A stretch of DNA of 60,097 nt, taken from the IMG/VR virus record IMGVR_UViG_3300025821_000001; one strand, 5' to 3'. This document shows, piece after piece, positions 36,370-44,534 of this stretch. Made by a program: the position numbers and the translations under genes. The notes beneath the pieces were generated by a model that was given only the letters and a program-made list of their open reading frames with translations, was not told the DNA's origin and did not search any database. Numbering within the stretch: the first letter of the stretch is position 1; every line of letters starts with the position of its first letter. The stretch is from a virus.

Positions 36370-36581
36370 GCTATCTTTACTTCTTTGTAAAACTCAGGGT
36401 CAATCTCTCGTATCCATCTTTCTGTTCGGGCGTACTTCTTTTCAAAAGCTGTCTTGCTGTACTTAGGTTTATTTGCCACAAGGTATACCTGAGATTTTAA
36501 TGCCCTATCTAAGTGCCACTTTCTTAGTTCTACTTCCCCTTCTTCACATTTATGGCATTTGAGCATTATTACTTCTATCAT
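36366..36581 (-). CDS. hypothetical protein (71 aa)
   Basis: ORF track; 4-nt overlap with upstream ORF. Confidence 0.5.
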   Translation of the reverse strand: MIEVIMLKCHKCEEGEVELRKWHLDRALKSQVYLVANKPKYSKTAFEKKYARTERWIREIDPEFYKEVKIA

Positions 36582-36991
36582 ATTAAATTAGTTTTTAGGT
36601 GTTTTTTTGAATGAAGTATCCACAGGTTCTCCGTAACTAAGTAGGATGTATAAAGTGTAGCGTATTCGCTGTCATCTATTATCTCTTTTACAGAGCTGTA
36701 CTTCTCTTCTTTAATTAGTTCTATTATTTTAGGGTTTATAGTTTCTTCGGGGAAGTCCTCTGTTAGGTGTAGTCTTACTTCCTCTTCTAGCTCATCTACT
36801 GTTGCTGTTGGGGATATGTAGAAGTAAAAGTTGTCTTCTTCTCTTACCCTAAGTACAACACCCGCATTTAAACATTCAATTAAATACTCAGAAGAGAAAG
36901 TCTCTGACTTATCAAAATACTTATCTCCAAATTGAATGTGATCTAATAGGTGATAACTGTACCCCCTAGAAGTAAAACTCTTTTTAATCAT
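36578..36991 (-). CDS. hypothetical protein (137 aa), first gene of the minus arm
   Basis: ORF track; borders the large divergent non-coding region. Confidence 0.55.
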   Translation of the reverse strand: MIKKSFTSRGYSYHLLDHIQFGDKYFDKSETFSSEYLIECLNAGVVLRVREEDNFYFYISPTATVDELEEEVRLHLTEDFPEETINPKIIELIKEEKYSSVKEIIDDSEYATLYTSYLVTENLWILHSKKHLKTNLI

Positions 36992-37104
36992 AGCTTCTCT
37001 CCATTTCTAATTTTATAAAAAAACTTTGCTGTTTTTTTTTCTATAGCCCTAAGCCTAAAATCAGCGATGTATTTAAATAAAAATTTAATTTTTTGTTTCA
37101 TACA

Positions 37105-37112
37105 GCAAATAT
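37105..37112 (-). promoter_or_regulatory. promoter -7 box TATATTTG (start of the minus arm)
   Basis: 113 nt upstream of ATG 36991. Confidence 0.4.
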
Positions 37113-37218
37113 AGTAAATATCTGTTACAAATAACAAACAGTGTAATTTATTTTGTTTTTGTTGTGAATTAGTTGAGTAACTACTAAGTAAGTTACAGTA
37201 GATAAGTGACTGTTGTTA

Positions 37219-37252
37219 ATAACTCACTCCTCAAAATGGGTTGTGATGTAGG
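37219..37252. repeat. copy 1 of a ~35-40 nt imperfect direct repeat (ATAACT..CTCAAAATGGG..TGATGTAGG)
   Basis: Aligns by eye at roughly 80 percent with 37315-37354. Confidence 0.5.
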
Positions 37253-37280
37253 AAACTTAGATGCCTAAAAGAAATCCCCC

Positions 37281-37302
37281 CTACCCCCCTTTCGGGAGGT
37301 AG
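37281..37302. other. stable GC hairpin in the divergent non-coding region
   Basis: CTACC-C-CCC / TTTC loop / GGG-A-GGTAG (8 bp plus one C-A mismatch). Confidence 0.6.
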
Positions 37303-37314
37303 AGGTGAAATCAA

Positions 37315-37354
37315 ATAACTTTACTCATTCTCAAAATTGGGAGTGAATGTGAGG
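37315..37354. repeat. copy 2 of the imperfect direct repeat
   Basis: ATAACTTTACTCATTCTCAAAATTGGGAGTGAATGTGAGG compared with copy 1. Confidence 0.5.
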
Positions 37355-37622
37355 TATCCTTTTTCAGCCCTGTACTGGAAAAAATCCTAATCCAAGCATA
37401 CAGTAGTTTTATTAGTACAAGTAGAAGATAATAACTCCACTGACTTTTATTGCACAGTATTTGTACTTAAGAGGAAAAACATTTAAAATAACCCCTACTT
37501 ACGCCAACGTTATCTGTTGCGATTAGGCTCCCTTATTCTAAGCGGGGGTATGGCACTTTTTCAAGCTGCTCCCATACGATGTATTTTATTAGACTGCAAG
37601 TTTTATATGAGCAATCTAAATG

Positions 37623-37630
37623 CAAAGATA
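37623..37630 (-). promoter_or_regulatory. promoter -7 box TATCTTTG firing into ORF-free DNA
   Basis: Minus-strand TATCTTTG with A/T-rich upstream sequence; no ORF longer than 11 codons for the next roughly 630 nt. Confidence 0.35.
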
Positions 37631-37673
37631 TAAATAAATTTTAATAAAAAACGCATTGTGTGATATTTTTTCT

Positions 37674-37681
37674 TATATTCG
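37674..37681 (+). promoter_or_regulatory. possible promoter -7 box TATATTCG (one mismatch) for the helicase gene
   Basis: 21 nt upstream of ATG 37703. Confidence 0.2.
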
Positions 37682-37702
37682 TATAAGAAATTGAATATCA
37701 AT

Positions 37703-39076
37703 ATGTTTAAACTAAGAGACTATCAAACAAACGCTGTTAATGACGCTTTAGGATTTATAAAAGATAAATCAGGTAGGGCTTCTTTGTTAGTACTCCCAAC
37801 AGGCGCAGGAAAGTCTTTAGTTATTGCAAATATAGCTAAAGAAATAAACCAACCTGTTTTGGTTATACAGCCGTCAAAAGAGTTGCTGATACAGAATTAT
37901 GAAAAGTATAAATCTTACGGATTAGAGGCGTCAATATATTCAGCGTCTATGGGTATAAAAGAGTTGGGTCATGTGACATTTGCTACACCGAGGTCAATAG
38001 CCAAACACCACCCTTTAATAAGAAAGAAAAATATTAAGTTGGTAATTGTAGATGAAGCGCATTATGGCAGTTCAGTGGGACAAACCTTAGACACTTTTTG
38101 TAAAAAGGCGGGGGTTGAAAAGATAATAGGATTAACAGCTACTCCTGTATTATTAGCTAATGGAATGTTTGGTTCTGAGTTAAGAATGTTAAATAGAACA
38201 AAGAAGTCAATTTATCAAAAGATACTTCACGTTACTCAAATAGAAGACTTGTGTAATGACGGATATTGGACTAAGCTAGAATACGAGCCGATAAAAACAG
38301 ACACAAAACAACTTAAGTTGAACTCTAGTGGTAGTGAGTTCTTAGAGGAGTCTGTCAGAAAATACTACCAAGCTAACGAGATGAACGACAAAATAAAAGA
38401 TTCTTGTGACCAACTGATAGAAGAGGGAAGAAACCACATACTTTGCTTTGTTTCATTAGTTGACGAGGCAAAAGAGTTACAGAGAAAGATGAAATCATAT
38501 AGTACTGTAATATATGGAGATATGCCAAGTAAAGACAGAGAAAGGGCAATTAATAGCTTTAAAAGCGGTAAAATAAAAATTGCTATTAATGTAAATGTTT
38601 TAGGTACTGGGTTTGATTTTCCTAAGTTAGATGGATGTGTTCACGCAAGACCAACAAGCAGTATAGGAATATACTACCAACACTTAGGTAGATTGGTAAG
38701 GACACACCCCGATAAAAAAGACGCAAAAATTATTGACCTTTCAAGTAATTACTTTAGGTTTGGTAAATTAGAGGGTATAAGATTTGAACTGTCAACAGAT
38801 GCTAATGGTTGGTGTATGAGATCGGGTAAAAAAATACTTACTGTTTTTAGTAGACCCGATGTTGAGGTTGAATACAAACCGAAATTAAGAAAAGAGGTAC
38901 AGAACATAAACACTTATATAATACCTTTTGGTAAGTATAAGGATAAAAAGGTAACAGAAGTACCCTTAAATTATTTAAAGTGGATAGCGTCAGACGAGTT
39001 TAGTGGAGAGTACAGTAAAGCTGCGCAATTTAAAACCGCAGCAAAAATAAGGCTCGCATTAGAATCCCCCGCATAA
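37703..39076 (+). CDS. SF2 DEAD/DEAH-box DNA helicase
   Basis: Walker A LPTGAGKS, DEAH box VDEAH, motif III TATP, motif VI QHLGRLVR. I prefer ATG 37703 over the TTG at 37691 used by the track. Confidence 0.8.
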   Translation: MFKLRDYQTNAVNDALGFIKDKSGRASLLVLPTGAGKSLVIANIAKEINQPVLVIQPSKELLIQNYEKYKSYGLEASIYSASMGIKELGHVTFATPRSIAKHHPLIRKKNIKLVIVDEAHYGSSVGQTLDTFCKKAGVEKIIGLTATPVLLANGMFGSELRMLNRTKKSIYQKILHVTQIEDLCNDGYWTKLEYEPIKTDTKQLKLNSSGSEFLEESVRKYYQANEMNDKIKDSCDQLIEEGRNHILCFVSLVDEAKELQRKMKSYSTVIYGDMPSKDRERAINSFKSGKIKIAINVNVLGTGFDFPKLDGCVHARPTSSIGIYYQHLGRLVRTHPDKKDAKIIDLSSNYFRFGKLEGIRFELSTDANGWCMRSGKKILTVFSRPDVEVEYKPKLRKEVQNINTYIIPFGKYKDKKVTEVPLNYLKWIASDEFSGEYSKAAQFKTAAKIRLALESPA

Positions 39077-39108
39077 ACCACAAGAATTAAAACTGTATAA
39101 AGAAACCA

Positions 39109-39137
39109 CTTAACATAAATTTAACATTGACTGTAAC
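39109..39137. repeat. phased TTAAC array (opposite orientation)
   Basis: CTTAAC at 39109, TTTAAC at 39120 (+11), TGTAAC at 39132 (+12); upstream of 39161. Confidence 0.45.
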
Positions 39138-39148
39138 AGATTAATTAT

Positions 39149-39156
39149 TACTATTG
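39149..39156 (+). promoter_or_regulatory. TACTATTG box (variant -7 box or start-context element)
   Basis: Same octamer at 54446 and 56552; 4 nt upstream of ATG 39161. Confidence 0.3.
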
Positions 39157-39160
39157 TACT

Positions 39161-39355
39161 ATGAAACTAAAAAAGAAAGTAGAAGTAACCCACTACTGCC
39201 CCAAGTATAACAGCAAGACAAGAACACTTATTGACGCAAAGGATGAAGAAGGTCTGTTTAGCATTTGGAATAAGGGTACAGCAGTAAAAAGAACAGTGAC
39301 TAATAGGGGGTGGTACTTAACTCTATCAATAAACAACAAATTCAAACTGATATGA
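39161..39355 (+). CDS. hypothetical protein (64 aa)
   Basis: ORF track; TACTATTG box 4 nt upstream. Confidence 0.5.
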   Translation: MKLKKKVEVTHYCPKYNSKTRTLIDAKDEEGLFSIWNKGTAVKRTVTNRGWYLTLSINNKFKLI

Positions 39356-39624
39356 AAGATAAAGAAACAGCAACATTTTTAATTAGGCTATTAGCTATAT
39401 CAGTATTAGCTTTACTTCTTAGCTTTTTTGTTAATGCGGGGGAACAAAGCGGTTCGTACTGCGATGGATTTGACATGGGATACGCTGCGGGGTATTGTTA
39501 TCAAGAGCCTAACTGCATAGCACCAATCCCCCCAATATGCCCAGTACCAACAGTAAATGAAGAGAATACTTACGAGGGAGGATACGCAAGAGGATTTAGT
39601 GAAGGATTAAATGACAATAATTAA
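39352..39624 (+). CDS. small membrane protein with Cys/Pro-rich ectodomain (90 aa)
   Basis: ATG 39352 overlaps the upstream TGA (ATGA). One TM segment (FLIRLLAISVLALLLSFF), then CDGFDMGYAAGYCYQEPNCIAPIPPICPVP. Confidence 0.5.
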   Translation: MKDKETATFLIRLLAISVLALLLSFFVNAGEQSGSYCDGFDMGYAAGYCYQEPNCIAPIPPICPVPTVNEENTYEGGYARGFSEGLNDNN

Positions 39625-39632
39625 AAGAAACT

Positions 39633-39824
39633 ATGAAAAATTACTTTAAGTTTATATTTAGAAACCCACAGTCAGCATTTGTATTTGCAACATTGTTGGT
39701 GTTTTCTATATCAATACCCCTAACAGAGTACAGCAGAGAAGACTTTAGCTTTTTTACGCTATTCTTTACAGGAATGTTTGTGGCATTTATTATTGTAAGT
39801 TATGTAAATTATAAAAATAGATAG
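39633..39824 (+). CDS. small membrane protein (63 aa)
   Basis: Two hydrophobic segments; ORF track. Confidence 0.5.
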   Translation: MKNYFKFIFRNPQSAFVFATLLVFSISIPLTEYSREDFSFFTLFFTGMFVAFIIVSYVNYKNR

Positions 39825-39826
39825 AT

Positions 39827-40069
39827 ATGAAAGACAACGTAAACCCCGATCACTACAAGATAAGAGGAAAAGAAGTGTGGGAAATGATGATAGATGTTTA
39901 TGGCATGGCGCATTTTAAAGCCTTCTGCGAGCTTAACTCATTCAAGTACCGTATGAGAGCAGGTAAAAAGGGCGATAACGCCTTAGAAGACATTAAAAAA
40001 GCATTGTGGTACGAAAATAAAGTCAAAGAGATAGAAGAATTAGATTTTACTAATGTGACATACACTTAA
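39827..40069 (+). CDS. DUF3310-family phage protein
   Basis: NPDHY...FCELNSFKYRMRAGKKG...EDIKKALWY matches my recollection of the DUF3310 signature. Confidence 0.55.
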   Translation: MKDNVNPDHYKIRGKEVWEMMIDVYGMAHFKAFCELNSFKYRMRAGKKGDNALEDIKKALWYENKVKEIEELDFTNVTYT

Positions 40070-40074
40070 TAAAT

Positions 40075-40626
40075 ATGATGAGAAAATACATAAACAGAAA
40101 CTACCCTGACTTCACAGCAGAACAGAGGGCAGATGGAAACTACAACCTAAAGAAAGAGGGAAGCTACGGTTACACTATTAGAATAGCTAAGGATATAGAG
40201 AATAATGAGGATTGGGTGGAAGAGTCTAATTGGTATTTAGAGGCACTTAAAGAATTTAACGAGAGTTGGAGAGAGGAATGCGAAAGAATTGAAAATGCTA
40301 TTTGGGGTAGCGGTAATAAACCATCAGATAAGTATGAAGGGTTCTTCAAGACCGTCCTAGATAACGTGGATAGTGTAAAAGATGCACATACCACTGACTA
40401 TATGTACGTTTCTACTGAAAAGTGCCTAAGATACCATGAAAATAGAGCTTGTCCCCCCGCAGAAAAGCCAAAAGAGAAGAAACCTGACGAAATCCTTTCA
40501 GTAAGAGTAGGTGGAAAGAAGTACAAACTAAAAGACCCCCACAAAAACAGCAAAATACACTCTTTTTTTACCAACGGGTCGGATATTTGGGTATCTTTGT
40601 TTTGTGGAGAACAATATAAACTGTAA
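40075..40626 (+). CDS. hypothetical protein (183 aa)
   Basis: ORF track; no motif recognised. Confidence 0.6.
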   Translation: MMRKYINRNYPDFTAEQRADGNYNLKKEGSYGYTIRIAKDIENNEDWVEESNWYLEALKEFNESWREECERIENAIWGSGNKPSDKYEGFFKTVLDNVDSVKDAHTTDYMYVSTEKCLRYHENRACPPAEKPKEKKPDEILSVRVGGKKYKLKDPHKNSKIHSFFTNGSDIWVSLFCGEQYKL

Positions 40627-40628
40627 CT

Positions 40629-41015
40629 ATGAGTCACATTAGAGTAAAAACAAGAGTAACCTTAGAGGGTATATATGGCTCTACAGAAGAAGTTACAATG
40701 TACGCTGACCACAACAATTCATCAGACTACACAACTATATATCTTTCATCATCCAATGGAAGAATAACTCAAGGGATAGATTCTTTTGGTGAGTGGGGAG
40801 ATAGAGATGAGTGGACAGCACTACAAGACCTTATGCATCCATATAAAGAAGATGGGACGCTGTTAGATGAGGTAGAACATTACTGTGACTTGGAGTGGGA
40901 TGAGGAAAATAAAACTTATTTTGAAAAGCCTTATAATGACTCTGTGTACGAAAACAACCCTGACATTAAGAGACCAACACCCCCGCAAAGAACAACAAAA
41001 CTAAAACTGCCATGA
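40629..41015 (+). CDS. hypothetical protein (128 aa)
   Basis: ORF track; no motif recognised. Confidence 0.6.
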   Translation: MSHIRVKTRVTLEGIYGSTEEVTMYADHNNSSDYTTIYLSSSNGRITQGIDSFGEWGDRDEWTALQDLMHPYKEDGTLLDEVEHYCDLEWDEENKTYFEKPYNDSVYENNPDIKRPTPPQRTTKLKLP

Positions 41016-41119
41016 AATGTAAACACTGTAACAAAGAACTAAACAATACCCTAATAGATATCCTACTCCACGAAGAAGACTGCATAGAGAGAGAGATAAT
41101 CCCCTCTAATAACACATAA
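41012..41119 (+). CDS. hypothetical small protein (35 aa; below the track cutoff)
   Basis: ATGA overlap with upstream stop; MKCKHCNKELNNTLIDILLHEEDCIEREIIPSNNT*. Confidence 0.3.
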   Translation: MKCKHCNKELNNTLIDILLHEEDCIEREIIPSNNT

Positions 41120-41328
41120 AGAGAGAAAAAGAAAAAATTTTTTTTTTGTTTGTGTGCAGATACTGAGTAGGTATTATACAGTATAAAAAAATTAGAACTT
41201 TTTAAAAAAAAACCAACACCTCAAAGCACCCCCTACCAAGCCAATCCGCCCCAATTAACCCGAGTAACAAAATGAGTCATAGGATCAAATGCCGAGTGCA
41301 GGTCTATAAATATAATTGAATCTCGCAA

Positions 41329-41367
41329 GTTAAGTTTACGTTAAGTTAATGTTACCGCAATGTTAAG
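41329..41367. repeat. four GTTAAG-type sites phased at exactly 11 bp (iteron/operator-like array)
   Basis: GTTAAG at 41329, 41340 and 41362; GTTACC at 41351. Confidence 0.7.
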
Positions 41368-41429
41368 ATTTCAATTCTTAATTCTCTGTAATGCCTATGA
41401 ACACTACAAAGTTTAAATTGATTGTAAAA

Positions 41430-41437
41430 TATATTTG
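41430..41437 (+). promoter_or_regulatory. promoter -7 box TATATTTG
   Basis: 25 nt upstream of ATG 41463, at the end of the 340-bp non-coding region. Confidence 0.45.
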
Positions 41438-41462
41438 CATACTATAGAAACTCTATGTAGTT

Positions 41463-41738
41463 ATGCAGTCAAATCAAAACAAAGGAAATATGAAAATCTT
41501 AGCAAAAAATTTAGAAATAGGAATGGAAATTTATTCAAGCCCAAATCATTGTTTTAAAATAGATTCTTTAGAATTTGGAATTTACAAAGCGTCTAATACT
41601 TTGAAAGTAATTGCTAGTGGTACTACAAGAAAATTTACAGATAGTAAATCTGTTTATTGGGTTAAATGTATAAATACAAAAAATCTAAAAGGAAATACAG
41701 AAATAGAAGTAAATACATTTCCAAATAAACCATTATAA
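41463..41738 (+). CDS. hypothetical protein (91 aa)
   Basis: ORF track; TATATTTG box at 41430-41437. Confidence 0.55.
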   Translation: MQSNQNKGNMKILAKNLEIGMEIYSSPNHCFKIDSLEFGIYKASNTLKVIASGTTRKFTDSKSVYWVKCINTKNLKGNTEIEVNTFPNKPL

Positions 41739-41760
41739 TAATATCTTAATTTAAGAAACT

Positions 41761-42012
41761 ATGAGACAATTCAAAACAACGTTAGGGTTAACAAATGAGG
41801 GGGGCGGGTACGCCTTCCCTTTATCATTCAGTATTGAACCACAAAGGAGGGCTGTAACCCCCGCAAAGAACGTCAAGTTATATGCTGTCAATGTTTACTC
41901 AATAAGACACGCTAAGAACAGCTTAGAACGCTTTAGAACAGCTAAAGAAGCAAGCCAATTCATTGAACGAATCAACAAAGAGAATATTTTTCTCGCTAAC
42001 ATTATCAAATAA
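41761..42012 (+). CDS. hypothetical protein (83 aa)
   Basis: ORF track; GAAACTATG start context shared with several neighbours. Confidence 0.5.
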   Translation: MRQFKTTLGLTNEGGGYAFPLSFSIEPQRRAVTPAKNVKLYAVNVYSIRHAKNSLERFRTAKEASQFIERINKENIFLANIIK

Positions 42013-42021
42013 AAGGAAACT

Positions 42022-42243
42022 ATGAACGCAGAAACAACAAACCAATTCTTTAAAGAGTCAACTATATCAAACATTATCATGTTAGCCGAGCGCATACATG
42101 GTAGAAGTGTAGTAAGTACTTTACAAAAGTATAGCCATAAAAGTCTAAATAAATTAGACTTGGATAGTTTGGAATCTATAAGGGATGCGGCAATTATCGT
42201 ATATAATAACAAAGCAAAGCGCAACGAATTGCACGAAATTTAA
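42022..42243 (+). CDS. hypothetical protein (73 aa)
   Basis: ORF track; followed by a hairpin plus T-tract. Confidence 0.5.
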   Translation: MNAETTNQFFKESTISNIIMLAERIHGRSVVSTLQKYSHKSLNKLDLDSLESIRDAAIIVYNNKAKRNELHEI

Positions 42244-42278
42244 CCCCCGCAATAGCTACAAAACAATAACAGCAAATT

Positions 42279-42304
42279 AGCCTCCTTAATTGGGGGCTTT
42301 TTTT
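42279..42304 (+). terminator. rho-independent terminator between convergent genes
   Basis: AGCCTCC-TTAATT-GGGGGCT (one G-T pair) followed by TTTTTT. It lies after 42022-42243 and abuts the stop of the minus-strand RHH gene. Confidence 0.65.
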
Positions 42305-42560
42305 ATGCCCTATTCTTTGAGATACTTCTAAACAGTTCAGACCTACTTAAAGGGCGTTCTGTTGGCGTTTCTTTTTTCTTTGGTTGCTTAATCTGTTTAA
42401 CTTGTTTTGGGGGCTTAGATTCGTCCTTTGTTACTTTGTCGGGGGCTAAACTTGTTTCAATAAGTAGATTGATCGCTTTGCTTATACTAACGCCCTTTTG
42501 TTTTGCGTACTCAGCTATCAATATTTCGTTAGCCCTGTTTAAATAAATTCCTTTTGTCAT
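42303..42560 (-). CDS. ribbon-helix-helix (CopG/Arc-like) DNA-binding regulator
   Basis: The N-terminus KGIYLNRANEILIAEYAKQKGVSISKAINLLIE fits a strand-helix-helix pattern. It has a basic, Pro/Lys-rich tail, is the lone minus-strand gene in the plus arm, and has palindromes just upstream. Confidence 0.55.
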   Translation of the reverse strand: MTKGIYLNRANEILIAEYAKQKGVSISKAINLLIETSLAPDKVTKDESKPPKQVKQIKQPKKKETPTERPLSRSELFRSISKNRA

Positions 42561-42570
42561 TACAATATGT

Positions 42571-42584
42571 TATATAATTATATA
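42571..42584. promoter_or_regulatory. perfect 14-bp palindrome TATATAATTATATA next to the RHH gene start
   Basis: Self-complementary; 11 nt from ATG 42560 (minus). Confidence 0.6.
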
Positions 42585-42590
42585 GTACAC

Positions 42591-42624
42591 TAGTATACTA
42601 CTATACTAATAGACTAGTATACTA
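42591..42624. promoter_or_regulatory. two copies of the perfect 10-bp palindrome TAGTATACTA (within ACTAGTATACTA), 24 bp apart: operator candidates
   Basis: 42591-42600 and 42615-42624; a TATACTA half-site lies between them. Confidence 0.6.
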
Positions 42625-42755
42625 TTAAAAGGTTGCTTTTTATCCTTTTGTACGGATAGATAGAGGACGTATAAAACCCCCATAAACTTTACCCCAATAA
42701 ACTAAACATAACAGCCAATACAGCTAAACCCCTTTAAACACTAGCCTTTTAGAAT

Positions 42756-42818
42756 ACCCTACTAACCCGATAGACTTATATATTATCTATTCTATTACCC
42801 TACTAACTTACTAGACTT
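42756..42818. repeat. 22-bp direct repeat ACCCTACTAAC-N5-AGACTT, two copies 41 bp apart
   Basis: 42756-42777 accctactaacccgatagactt and 42797-42818 accctactaacttactagactt. Confidence 0.7.
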
Positions 42819-42875
42819 CTTATTCCTTAACAATTTGGTAACATAGGTAATACTTTTAGTTAATGTAAAGTGCTG

Positions 42876-42883
42876 TATGTTTG
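42876..42883 (+). promoter_or_regulatory. promoter -7 box TATGTTTG
   Basis: The 12-mer GTATGTTTGCTG is identical to the one at 49203-49214; 80 nt upstream of ATG 42964. Confidence 0.45.
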
Positions 42884-42963
42884 CTGTATAGAAATCAAAT
42901 AATAGTTCTTGCCCTTGTTACTTTATGCGGGGGCTTTAATTAACTAAAAAAGAAAATAACAAG

Positions 42964-43569
42964 ATGAAAAATTCAGTAGTCAAACATTCAGACAATGTAA
43001 TTCAAGCAAATTTATTAAGATGGTTTGAACTTGCAAGCGATGAACAGATTAAAAACGGCAAAAATTGGTATGTTGATGCAATGAACTTTGCGTCTTATTT
43101 AGCTGATAAATACGATATTGATAAGTATATTGCCGCAACAGTTATAAGCGCATTAAGCCCAAATAACAAATGGGAGCGAAACAAGGTTGATGCTGAAGCA
43201 GTCATAAAGGCATTTCAAAATGGCATTTTGCCCGAAAGTATTAAGGTATGCACATATAACGCCAACAAACTAAAAGCGTTCAATGCATTAGATGGTCAAT
43301 TGATAAGTGAGAAATCGCCAAAGACTCACGCATTTTCGATGAATGTAGGCTTGAATAGTTCAGATCACATAACGATAGACAAGTGGCATCTGAGAGCTTG
43401 CGTTATTAAGCCAAAGGAGGGGATACAAGAATGTTCTGAATCGTGTACAAACGTTCAATATAGACGGATCGAAAAAATAACTGCACTACTAGCCAAAAAA
43501 CTAGGCTTAAAAGGGTACGAACTGCAAGCCATTATATGGGTAACCATAAAAGATGCTTGGAACAGATAA
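42964..43569 (+). CDS. hypothetical protein (201 aa)
   Basis: ORF track; TATGTTTG box at 42876-42883. Confidence 0.6.
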   Translation: MKNSVVKHSDNVIQANLLRWFELASDEQIKNGKNWYVDAMNFASYLADKYDIDKYIAATVISALSPNNKWERNKVDAEAVIKAFQNGILPESIKVCTYNANKLKAFNALDGQLISEKSPKTHAFSMNVGLNSSDHITIDKWHLRACVIKPKEGIQECSESCTNVQYRRIEKITALLAKKLGLKGYELQAIIWVTIKDAWNR

Positions 43570-43575
43570 ATTTTA

Positions 43576-43592
43576 CTTAACTTAAACTTAAC
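43576..43592. repeat. two CTTAAC sites 11 bp apart
   Basis: CTTAAC at 43576 and 43587; upstream of 43655. Confidence 0.45.
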
Positions 43593-43654
43593 ATTAGCTT
43601 TATATTTACTTAATACGCGGGGGTTATCTTCGCCTTATCAAAACAAACAAACAA

Positions 43655-44080
43655 ATGGGAAATATTAGAAACTTTATCGAATCAGTAACTACAAATGGGG
43701 GCGCAAGCCTTAACATTAACAACGGAGAATTAAACCCAACAAAAGGTTATTTTGTATCCGTTGCGGGGGCGGAAAATAAGATCAATGACTTTAATGGTGA
43801 CGATCTTAAAAATTACATCCTCGAAAACGCTGAACTGCTCAACACTGAAAATGTATTTCTTGGAGGTTGGATGCACAAAGGCGAAATCTACCTTGACTGC
43901 AGTCAGCAAATAGCCGACAAACGAACGGCAATTATAAAAGGTATGGAGCGCGGACAAATTGCAATATACGATGCAGCAAAAGGTAAGGAAATACTATTGC
44001 CTACTGCACAGAAATGCGGCACAGAAACACAAAAGAAAACGTATATGAGTCAAAAAGCTACTGAACTATGCGAAAACTAA
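43655..44080 (+). CDS. hypothetical protein (141 aa)
   Basis: ORF track; no motif recognised. Confidence 0.6.
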   Translation: MGNIRNFIESVTTNGGASLNINNGELNPTKGYFVSVAGAENKINDFNGDDLKNYILENAELLNTENVFLGGWMHKGEIYLDCSQQIADKRTAIIKGMERGQIAIYDAAKGKEILLPTAQKCGTETQKKTYMSQKATELCEN

Positions 44081-44235
44081 TTGAATTAAGACTAGCCTTC
44101 AACATGATGCGGAGGCTCAGACGTAACCCTAACTTATTTGAAGGGCTATTAATGGGAGGCTTTAAAGGCTACAAAAATTATACACTGAACGAATTAGAAA
44201 ACGAAACAAACGAAACTTTTGGAAAAAACGAATAA
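44068..44235 (+). CDS. hypothetical small basic protein (55 aa; below the track cutoff)
   Basis: My translation: MRKLIELRLAFNMMRRLRRNPNLFEGLLMGGFKGYKNYTLNELENETNETFGKNE*. It fills the gap between neighbours. Confidence 0.35.
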   Translation: MRKLIELRLAFNMMRRLRRNPNLFEGLLMGGFKGYKNYTLNELENETNETFGKNE

Positions 44236-44246
44236 ATTTATTTAAA

Positions 44247-44534
44247 ATGAAAGAATTTATAAAAAATACATTAGTGCAAATGCACAGAGAAACTACTACC
44301 GACAAATACGGACAAGTGGGTAGAAGTAATTTTACACCAAGTTTATTTGGTGACAGAAAGGAAGAAGTTGAACAATATTGTAAAGAAAATAAGGGTGTTC
44401 TCCAATACTCTACCTACGGAGCAAGTTATGGTACTTACAAGGCATTTACTATTGAAGATGCTGAAATTAGAAAATCGTGTAGTGAAGCGTTAAGTAAAAA
44501 CGAAAACTACCTTAGAAATGTAAACTCTTGGTAG
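44247..44534 (+). CDS. hypothetical protein (95 aa)
   Basis: ORF track. Confidence 0.55.
   Translation: MKEFIKNTLVQMHRETTTDKYGQVGRSNFTPSLFGDRKEEVEQYCKENKGVLQYSTYGASYGTYKAFTIEDAEIRKSCSEALSKNENYLRNVNSW

Larger units (their letters stand above)
37262..37616 (-). ncRNA. candidate non-coding transcript (promoter box to hairpin)
   Basis: Bounded by the minus-strand TATCTTTG box (37623-37630) and hairpin 37281-37302, which is followed on the minus strand by GGGGGATTTCTTTT. It has no ORF longer than 11 codons and several internal stems (for example 37414-37423 with 37458-37467). Hypothesis only. Confidence 0.25.
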
